A stretch of 64,000 nt of DNA from Candidatus Multivorans sp. Lineage in GTDB: Bacteria > Acidobacteriota > Thermoanaerobaculia > Multivoradales > Multivoraceae. Below, piece after piece: positions 1-7,368 of the stretch; the stretch's first letter is position 1, and each line of letters opens with the position of its first letter. The position numbers were made by a program, and so were the translations under genes. The stretch lies in assembly GCA_965224025.1 (NCBI GenBank), contig OZ245033.1, forward strand, positions 64,001 through 128,000. The letters are read 5' to 3'. The notes under the pieces were generated by a model. The model had not been told where the DNA came from. It was given only the letters and a program-made list of their open reading frames with translations, and ran no database searches.

Positions 1-16
1 GCTTGGGGAGTAGGTT

Positions 17-544
17 GTGGCCGTCAGGATGAACGATACGCTGCTCGAACTGATCGAGGGCGACATCACTGAACTGCAAGTCGACGCGATCGTCAATCCG
101 GCAAACCAGGATTTGCAGCTTGGCGGCGGTGTCGCCGGCGCCGTCCGCGAGAAAGGCGGCGCCTCGATCCAGGACGAGTGCAACCGCATCGGCGGCACGG
201 CGGTCGGCACCGCGGTGATGACCGGCGCCGGCACGCTGAAGGCGAAGCAGGTGATCCACGCCGTCGGTCCCCGCATGGGCGAGGGCGACGAGGACCGCAA
301 GCTGGCCGCCGCGGTGCGGGCGTCGCTGGCCCTCGCCGATCGCAACGGCCAGCGCACCATCGCCATCCCGGCGATCTCCACCGGCGTGTTCGGCTACCCG
401 GTCGACCGCTGCGCCCGCATCCTGCTGACGGAGGTTCACCGCTACCTTCAGGGCGGCACGAAGCTGGAGCGCGTCGTCGTCTGTCTGCACGGCGACCAGA
501 ACTACCGGACGTTCCGCAACGAACTCCGCCGCGGCTTCCGCTAA
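17..544 (+). CDS. Macro domain protein (O-acetyl-ADP-ribose deacetylase, YmdB-like)
   Basis: Motifs GDIT, DAIVNPAN, GGGVAGA, VIHAVGP and IAIPAISTGVFGYP. The start may instead be the ATG at 29. Confidence 0.93.
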   Translation: MAVRMNDTLLELIEGDITELQVDAIVNPANQDLQLGGGVAGAVREKGGASIQDECNRIGGTAVGTAVMTGAGTLKAKQVIHAVGPRMGEGDEDRKLAAAVRASLALADRNGQRTIAIPAISTGVFGYPVDRCARILLTEVHRYLQGGTKLERVVVCLHGDQNYRTFRNELRRGFR

Positions 545-608
545 GCCGCGCGCCGTGGCGGCGCACGCGGGCTGATAGCCTGCATCGCTTCGCTGGCGGC
601 GACCCCGA

Positions 609-1025
609 ATGAGCCCGAACGTACAGCCGCTCCACATGGCCTTCACCGCCACGCCGGAGATCTTCGCGACCGACAGCAAGGGGGCCTTCGTCTATCCGTT
701 GACGCACGAGCTGGGTGAGCGCGTGGACACGCTCCGCTACGACGAGATGCGGTTCGTCGTCTCGGTCTGGCACCCGCGGGAAGGCAAGAACATCGACCTC
801 GACAAGGCGTACCTCGAACTGCGGGCGAACCTCGTCGAGGACGGTCACTGGACGCGGCTGGCCGAGCTCGAACCGGTCGTGTCGCCTTACCAGCGGGGCG
901 AGACGTTCGACGGCTGGATCGTCCTGCCCGTGCTGTCCGGGGACACGGCGTTTCGGCTTCACGGCGGCGGCTTCCAGCCCCGGACGCGGGTGCAGATCCG
1001 CGCTTCGGCCTACTTCGTAGCCTGA
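609..1025 (+). CDS. Hypothetical protein (138 aa)
   Basis: ATG start, GC3-rich codon usage, globular composition; fills the gap between two + strand genes. No family recognised. Confidence 0.75.
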   Translation: MSPNVQPLHMAFTATPEIFATDSKGAFVYPLTHELGERVDTLRYDEMRFVVSVWHPREGKNIDLDKAYLELRANLVEDGHWTRLAELEPVVSPYQRGETFDGWIVLPVLSGDTAFRLHGGGFQPRTRVQIRASAYFVA

Positions 1026-1036
1026 ACGGACCTGCC

Positions 1037-2299
1037 GTGAGGCGTCAAGAACTCTTGGCACGCCTGGCGCGGCGGAACGAGCGCCGGATCGTCCTGCTGG
1101 TGCTCGACGGCATAGGCGACCTGCGAACCGCCGTCCAGCCGCGGACGGCCCTGGACGAGGCCCGCACCCCGAACCTCGACCGGCTGGCGGCGCGGTCGGC
1201 GCTGGGCCGCCTGGCGCCGTGCGGCACCGGCATCACGCCGGGCAGCGGGCCCGGCCACCTGGCCCTGTTCGGGTACGAGCCGACCGCGCGGGATGCGGAC
1301 ATCGGCCGCGGCGTGCTGGAGGCGCTCGGCCTCGGTCTGGATTTGCCGCCCGAAGTGGTTGCGGCGCGTGGCAACTTCGCCACTGTCGACGAGGGCGGAC
1401 TGCTCCTGGACCGGCGCGCCGGGCGCATCCCGACCGCGGAGGGCGAGCGGATCTGTGCGCTCCTCGCCCGCCGGATCGAGGCCGCCGGCGGGGTGCTCGG
1501 CGACGGCGTCCGGGTCGAGGTCCACCCGGGCGAGGCGTATCGCTTCGTGCTCCTGTTCCGGGCGGCCTCTGGTACGCCGCCGCTCGATCCCGGGCTGTTG
1601 GACACGGACCCGCAGCAGCTCGGCATGCCGCCGCTGCCGCTCGAGGCGGCCGCGGGCTCGGGCGGCGCCGGGGAGGCGGCTCGGGAAACGGCCCGCCGCA
1701 TGGCGCCTGCCGTCGAGACGCTTCAGCGGGAGCTGCGGGCTGATGAGCGCGCGAACACGTTCCTGCTCCGGGGCTTCTCCAAGCTGCCGGCGTTGCCCGG
1801 CGTGGGCGAGCTCTACCGTCTGCGCCCGGCCGCCCTGGCGGGCTATTCCCTCTACCGCGGCGTGGCGAAGGTCTGCGGCATGGAGGTCATCGATTGCGGC
1901 AAGCCCTTCGAGCAGGTGCTGGACCGCCTCGAGGAGCGCTGGCGTGACTTCGACTTCTTCTTCCTCCACGTCAAGGGCACGGACATGGCCGGCGAGGACG
2001 GCAACCTCGCCGAGAAGGCGGAGGTCATCGAGACCGTGGACGCCCTGCTGCCGCGCCTGCTCGACCTGGGCCCGGACGTGCTGGCCATCACCGGCGACCA
2101 CTCGACTCCGGCGCCGATGAAGGCCCACAGTTGGCACCCCGTGCCGCTTCTTGTGTGGTCGGAGCGGTGCTTCGTCGACGACTGCCAGCGGTTCAGCGAG
2201 GTCGAAGCGATCCGCGGCGCCGTGGGCACGATCCCGGCGAGCGAGTTGATGGGGCTGTTGCTGGCGAACGCGGGGAAGCTGGCGAAGTTCGGGGCCTGA
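1037..2299 (+). CDS. apgM: 2,3-bisphosphoglycerate-independent phosphoglycerate mutase (ApgM/archaeal type)
   Basis: Motifs LLVLDGIGD, ARTPNLD, PGSGPGHLALFGY, RGNFAT, HVKGTDMAGEDG and TGDHSTP...HSWHPVP. Confidence 0.9.
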   Translation: MRRQELLARLARRNERRIVLLVLDGIGDLRTAVQPRTALDEARTPNLDRLAARSALGRLAPCGTGITPGSGPGHLALFGYEPTARDADIGRGVLEALGLGLDLPPEVVAARGNFATVDEGGLLLDRRAGRIPTAEGERICALLARRIEAAGGVLGDGVRVEVHPGEAYRFVLLFRAASGTPPLDPGLLDTDPQQLGMPPLPLEAAAGSGGAGEAARETARRMAPAVETLQRELRADERANTFLLRGFSKLPALPGVGELYRLRPAALAGYSLYRGVAKVCGMEVIDCGKPFEQVLDRLEERWRDFDFFFLHVKGTDMAGEDGNLAEKAEVIETVDALLPRLLDLGPDVLAITGDHSTPAPMKAHSWHPVPLLVWSERCFVDDCQRFSEVEAIRGAVGTIPASELMGLLLANAGKLAKFGA

Positions 2300-2456
2300 C
2301 ACCGCTCGCAGGGTGCGCCGGCCTCCGGCCGGCTACCCGGTATCGATGAGGGCGTCTCCCCGGACCGCGGCGGAGTGGACTCCAAGAACTCCCTGCTCTC
2401 GTTGCAGATCCCGGGGAAGTCGAAGCTCTACCTGGACGATGGCGCCGAAGTGCTCA

Positions 2457-2730
2457 CTAAGTTGGATTCTCGGCATCGGAGGGCGAGAGGGTTCTCGTCA
2501 CGATAGGCATCTCCACGGTAGGCAACGCTGGTTCGCCGGCCTTCTTCACCAGGTAGCCGCGACCTTCGGTTCCGGTTCGCCACACCTGCCGGTAGCCGTC
2601 GTAGTCGGCCTCCAACTCGTCCTCGTAGACGCCGATCAACTCGGCACCGTGAATCAGGAGGAACAGGCCGGCGTACTGTCGGCGGTATTCCTCCAAGTGC
2701 TTCTCGTAGAAAGCGATCTCTTCCGCTAGC
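2457..2730 (-). pseudogene. 5'-truncated small protein, DUF5678-like
   Basis: EEIAFYEKHLEEYRRQYAGLFLLIHGAELIGVYEDELEA resembles DUF5678-type proteins. There is no in-frame start next to the conserved part; the frame runs into the divergent large ORF. Confidence 0.55.
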
Positions 2731-2746
2731 GCGGGAGCTCCGCCAT

Positions 2747-5700
2747 GTGGACTTCCCGGGATACGGCGAAGGGCAGCGCCTAGGTTGGGACGGTCGTGTG
2801 GAGGCCAGAGCGGCGACGCCTTGGGTCCCGGAGGGCCGGTCGGGCTGGGAGCTGAGTACATCAAAGGACCCGGCGAGAAAGGCCACCTCCGACTTCAGGA
2901 ATCGGCTGGCTCTGCCGGCCGAGGAGAGAGCCCAGACCACGTTCGTTTACGTCTCGTCGCGCAACTGGGCGAAGAAGAACCAGTGGGCAGAGAAACGAAG
3001 GTCGGAGGACCACTGGAAGGACGTTAAGGTTCTGGACGCGAGCGATCTGGAGCAGTGGCTGGAGGAGTCCATCGAGGGCCAGGTCTGGCTTGCCGAGCAG
3101 CTCGATCTACCGTCGATCGAAGACTGCATGACTCTCGACCGGGCTTGGGAGCGATGGGCTGAAGTCACGCAGCCTCGGCTCTCAGAAGCCATCTTCGAGC
3201 CAGCCGTTCGCGCACATCGCAGAGAGTTCGTCTCCTGGCTCAGGAGGCCGGACCCGGAAGGGCCGTTCGCGGTCGCGGCGGACTCCACGGACGAGGCAAT
3301 CGCCTTCCTCGCTTGCTTGTTCAGGGACGAGGGCGTTCTAGCAGAGTCCGGCGATCGTGCTGTCGTCGTCAGCGCGGCGCAGACACTGAGGACCTTGGTA
3401 GGTGCCACCTCGTCGTTCATCCCGATCGTCAGCGACGCCCAGGCAGAGCCTGAACTGGCTCACTGGCGGCGTCACGCAATCGTCGTCCGACCACGTAATG
3501 CGGTAGGCCCGAAGCCGAACATCGACCTCGGACTGCTGGGGCACGAGGCGTTCGGGAAATCGCTCATGGCCATGGGGTTTAGTCGAGCGCGGGTCGACCG
3601 GTTGGCCCGGGAGTCGGGCCGCTCTCCGACGATTCTGAGACGCCGTCTCTCGGAGAACGCCGCGCTCAGGAAGCCGCGATGGGCCGGCGAGTTTGAGACG
3701 GCGCGAAAGATCGTTCCGATGGCCCTCGTCGGGTCATGGCACGTTGATTCGAAGGCTGATCGCGAGGTTTTCTCCACTCTCGCCGACCGGCCGTTTCGCG
3801 AGGTCGAAGTGGACTTGGCGGCTCTGCGGACGTGGAACGACAGTCCGGTTTGGTCCGCTGGCAGGTACCGGGGCGTCGTCTCCAAGATCGATGCGTTGTT
3901 TGCCGTCGCACGGCACATGACGCCGGAAGACCTGGACGACTTCCTCCTTCTTTCCGAGTACGTCCTGTCTGAAGCCGACCCTGCTTTGGAGCTCGCCCCC
4001 GATCGGAGATGGGCGGCTGCCCTCTACGACAAACCGCGCGACCATTCGGACGCACTCAGGACGGGGATCAGCGAAACGCTCGTTCTGCTGTCCGTGCATG
4101 GGAATGACCTGTTCCAGACGCGGCTGGGGATCGACCTTGAAGCCCAGGTCTCGGACCTCGTCAGGCGGCTCTTGGCGCCTGACGGAGTGGAGGCGCCGTT
4201 GACGGTTGAGACGCTGATGTCCTATGACCGCGACCTTCCGAGGCTTGCGGAAGCGGCTCCGAACGCCTTCCTTGAGCTCCTTGAAAGGGACCTCGGGCGG
4301 GACGACTCGGCACTGTTCGAACTCCTGAAGTCGGCTCCTCCGGGTCCCTTCGCGGACTGCCCGCGTACCGGTCTTCTCTGGGCGCTGGAGTGTCTGGCCT
4401 GGAACCCGCGGAATCTCTCGCGCGTGGTTCTAATCCTGGGACAGCTCTCGAAGACGCCGGTAGACGACAACTGGGTCAATCGGCCGATCAACAGCCTGAA
4501 GGCGATCTTCCGGTCCTGGATGCCGCAGACGGCGGCGTCCCTCGACGATCGGTTTCGGGCGCTTGAGTTGTTGTGCGGGCGCACCCCGGAGGTGGGTTGG
4601 CAGATCTGCATGGGGCAGTGCCGCGGCGGCCCGCGGACAGGCGACTACAGCTATCGGCCGAGGTGGCGGGGCGATGCCGCGGACGCGGGCGAGCCGATTC
4701 TCGTCGACGACCGCCTTGAGTTTGAGCGTAAGGCGCTTGAGCTGCTCCTGGAATGGCCAGAGGAGCTGGATGCCCGGAGACTGGGCGACCTGGTCGATCT
4801 GCTCGGCGGCATGGCGGGCGAGAACGTGGAGCGGGTATGGGCGCTCATCGAAGGTTGGCTGGAAGGGAGACCTGAGGAGGCAGAGCGGGGAGCACTGCGG
4901 GAGCGCCTCCGGCGCTTCGGTTACGCGAATGCCCATCCTGCTCGCGCGGTCAAGCCTGCCCTGAGAGAGCGGGCGAAGGACCTGTACGAGCAGCTCGCGC
5001 CGCGGGATCCGGCGAGTCGGCACGCTTGGTTGTTCGCGGAACATTGGATTCGCGAATGGCCCGAGGACCGCGACGAGGCGATGGACTTCTCCAAGCGTGA
5101 GGAACGCATCAGAGCACGGCGCACCCAAGCGATGAAGGAGATCTGGTCCAGCAAGGGTCTGGGCGGTGCCTTGACGCTTCTCTCTTCAAGCAACGCGCCC
5201 GACACGGTCGGCATCTTCGCTTCCAGGTGCGTCCCTGACCGGCGCGCTCAAGCCGATGTTCTCCGGGCCTGTCTTTCGGGCGACTTGCCGCGTTCGTTCG
5301 GGGTGGACGAGACCAAGCTGGACGGGTTCCTTCAAGGCTTCGTGTCGGCAGGTGTTGAAGAGTCTCGGGAGGAGTTGCTTCGCGGCTTGGCGGAGGAACT
5401 GCCTTCAGAGCAGGTTGCTCGTCTGCTGCGCAGCGCACCGTTCAGCTCGGAGACGCGGCGCCTCGTCAGCGAACAGGACGGTGACATCCGGAAGAAGTAC
5501 TGGCGCGAGGTCTGGCCCTATCCTCTCGTCCGCGTACACACCGACGAACTCACGGACTTGGTCGACCGTCTCCTCGCTGCGGGTCGGCCCCGTGCCGCGC
5601 TCCTGGCCCTGCACCTTGATTGGGATGCGGTCGAGACATCGCGGCTCAGACGGCTGCTGAACGGGATCGTCCTCGGCCCGGAGCCGGATCGTAGTATCCA

Positions 5701-6445
5701 GATTGACGGGTACGACGTTTGCCGGGCGATCGAATCCCTGAGCAAGAGAAGCGGAGTCGCCGCCGATGAGATGGCGGACTTCGAATTCGTGTTCTTCGAC
5801 CGGTTGGAGTACGACGACTACGGCGTCCCCAGCCTTGAGCGCCGAGTTGCCGAGGACCCCAGCTACTTCGTCTGGCTTGTGGCTCTTCTGCACAAGCGCA
5901 AAGACGGGCGAGAGGATCCGGATGACTGGCCCGTAGCGAACCCGGACAAGAGAGCGTACCTGGGTCAACTGGCCTTCTCCGTGCTTCAAAGAGTGGCGCG
6001 AATTCCTGGCGCGAAGTCGGGAAACGGCGAGATCGATGTCGAGGCTCTCCAAGGCTGGGTGTCCGAAGTGAGGCGGCAGGGCGGCCAGTGTGGTAGAGCT
6101 AGCGCAGTTGACGAGTGCGTCGGCCAGCTTCTCTCCAAGGGGCCGCCCGACGGCAATGGTTCATGGCCGAGCCGACAGGTGTGCGAGGCGATGGAGGCGC
6201 TAGCGACCAAAGCGTTGGCGGGCGGCTTCCATGTCGGCGTCCTGAACTCCCGCGGCACCGTAACCCGTGCGGAAGGCGGCGGGCAGGAACGAGAACTCGC
6301 AGCCAGGTACCGGGCTTGGGCGGAACCCCTGGCTTTCGAGTTTCCCTTCGTGAGCCAGGTCCTGGAGCGAATCGCCAGGTCTTACGACCGGAACGCGACG
6401 TACTGGGACTCGGAAGCGGCCCGACGGCAGCGGTTGGAACTCTGA
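2747..6445 (+). CDS. Large (1232 aa) putative defence protein with N-terminal restriction-endonuclease-like segment; probably N-truncated
   Basis: N-terminal DFPG..GWDG..TPWVPEGRSGWE..K pattern (PD-(D/E)xK-like) followed by a long helical-looking region. More T/A-ending codons than flanking genes. Apparent homology continues upstream of the GTG (RELRHVDFPG). Confidence 0.7.
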   Translation: MDFPGYGEGQRLGWDGRVEARAATPWVPEGRSGWELSTSKDPARKATSDFRNRLALPAEERAQTTFVYVSSRNWAKKNQWAEKRRSEDHWKDVKVLDASDLEQWLEESIEGQVWLAEQLDLPSIEDCMTLDRAWERWAEVTQPRLSEAIFEPAVRAHRREFVSWLRRPDPEGPFAVAADSTDEAIAFLACLFRDEGVLAESGDRAVVVSAAQTLRTLVGATSSFIPIVSDAQAEPELAHWRRHAIVVRPRNAVGPKPNIDLGLLGHEAFGKSLMAMGFSRARVDRLARESGRSPTILRRRLSENAALRKPRWAGEFETARKIVPMALVGSWHVDSKADREVFSTLADRPFREVEVDLAALRTWNDSPVWSAGRYRGVVSKIDALFAVARHMTPEDLDDFLLLSEYVLSEADPALELAPDRRWAAALYDKPRDHSDALRTGISETLVLLSVHGNDLFQTRLGIDLEAQVSDLVRRLLAPDGVEAPLTVETLMSYDRDLPRLAEAAPNAFLELLERDLGRDDSALFELLKSAPPGPFADCPRTGLLWALECLAWNPRNLSRVVLILGQLSKTPVDDNWVNRPINSLKAIFRSWMPQTAASLDDRFRALELLCGRTPEVGWQICMGQCRGGPRTGDYSYRPRWRGDAADAGEPILVDDRLEFERKALELLLEWPEELDARRLGDLVDLLGGMAGENVERVWALIEGWLEGRPEEAERGALRERLRRFGYANAHPARAVKPALRERAKDLYEQLAPRDPASRHAWLFAEHWIREWPEDRDEAMDFSKREERIRARRTQAMKEIWSSKGLGGALTLLSSSNAPDTVGIFASRCVPDRRAQADVLRACLSGDLPRSFGVDETKLDGFLQGFVSAGVEESREELLRGLAEELPSEQVARLLRSAPFSSETRRLVSEQDGDIRKKYWREVWPYPLVRVHTDELTDLVDRLLAAGRPRAALLALHLDWDAVETSRLRRLLNGIVLGPEPDRSIQIDGYDVCRAIESLSKRSGVAADEMADFEFVFFDRLEYDDYGVPSLERRVAEDPSYFVWLVALLHKRKDGREDPDDWPVANPDKRAYLGQLAFSVLQRVARIPGAKSGNGEIDVEALQGWVSEVRRQGGQCGRASAVDECVGQLLSKGPPDGNGSWPSRQVCEAMEALATKALAGGFHVGVLNSRGTVTRAEGGGQERELAARYRAWAEPLAFEFPFVSQVLERIARSYDRNATYWDSEAARRQRLEL

Positions 6446-6664
6446 ACTCCGCGGGCGTGACCCTCCGGGACGTTACACGAACCCAGAACGGGAGTCCTTG
6501 GCCACCGGCACATGCCGGCGCCGCCGGGAGGTTGCGCCCGCGGCCACACCCGACCTACTTCTTCTTCGGAGGCGATGGCGGAGGCTTGACAGGCTTGATC
6601 TTCGCCTGTCTCGTCGGCTTCCCCGAGGAGCCTTGCAGCGGTTCGCCGCGGCCTTCGAGGGCGG

Positions 6665-6702
6665 TGCCGGCCCGCGGCCGGCGCACCCACTGGCGCACCC
6701 AG
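6665..6702. repeat. Family A REP-like hairpin
   Basis: TGCCGGC-CCGCG-GCCGGC-GCACCCA followed by a duplicated GCGCACCCAG tail. Confidence 0.65.
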
Positions 6703-6705
6703 TGA

Positions 6706-7368
6706 CTACCGCCGGAACGCCCTCACGTCACTCCCCGCTCCTTCGAACAACTGCCGCACCGTCGGCAGCGGCAGGCCGACGACGTTGCTGTAGTTGCCGT
6801 CGATCTCGGAGACGAACAGAGCGCCGAGCCCCTGCACGGCGTAGGCGCCGGCCTTGTCGTCGGGCTCGCCGGTGGCGGCGTACCAGGCGATCTGCTCGGG
6901 GGTCAGTTCGGCGAACAGGACGCGGGTGCTCTCGACGGCGTGCAGGGTGTCGCCGTCGGGCGGCCGGAGAGCGACGCCGGTGAGCACCAGGTGCCAGCGG
7001 CCCTGGAGACGCTCCAGCATGTTGCGGGCTTCGGTCCGGTCGGCCGGTTTGCCCAGCACGTCGCCGTCCTTGACGACGATGGTGTCGGCGGCCAGGACCC
7101 ACTCGCCGTCTTGGGCCCCGGCCTCGGCCTTCTCGCGGGCGAGACGCCGCACCAGGTCGCGGGGCCGCTCGCCGGGGTTGGGCGTTTCGTCGACGGTGGC
7201 GGGGCGAACGGTGAAGTCGAGGTCGAGGGAGGCGAGGAGCTCGCGGCGGCGTGGGGAGGCGGAGGCGAGAATGAGGGGCCCCGGGGTCGCCCGCTCGTGC
7301 GTGCCGCTTCGCAGCGCGCTTGATGCCGGCGGGGACGCCGGCGCACCCAGTGGGGCGGCCCTGGTCAC
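6706..7368 (-). CDS. maf: Maf family nucleoside triphosphate pyrophosphatase
   Basis: Motifs LILASASPRR, LAREKA, LAADTIV, LGKP, DKAGAY and NVVGLP. GTG overlaps the upstream stop (GTGA). Confidence 0.95.
   Translation of the reverse strand: MTRAAPLGAPASPPASSALRSGTHERATPGPLILASASPRRRELLASLDLDFTVRPATVDETPNPGERPRDLVRRLAREKAEAGAQDGEWVLAADTIVVKDGDVLGKPADRTEARNMLERLQGRWHLVLTGVALRPPDGDTLHAVESTRVLFAELTPEQIAWYAATGEPDDKAGAYAVQGLGALFVSEIDGNYSNVVGLPLPTVRQLFEGAGSDVRAFRR
7324..7350. repeat. Family A REP-like hairpin inside the maf 5' coding region
   Basis: TGCCGGCGGGGACGCCGGCGCACCCAG. Confidence 0.75.

Noticed and set aside
2408-2762. Imperfect ~15-bp inverted repeat flanking the small gene as an invertible segment
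   Set aside because: Short, gapped and GC-rich; one arm is coding sequence (DFPG) and no recombinase is adjacent.
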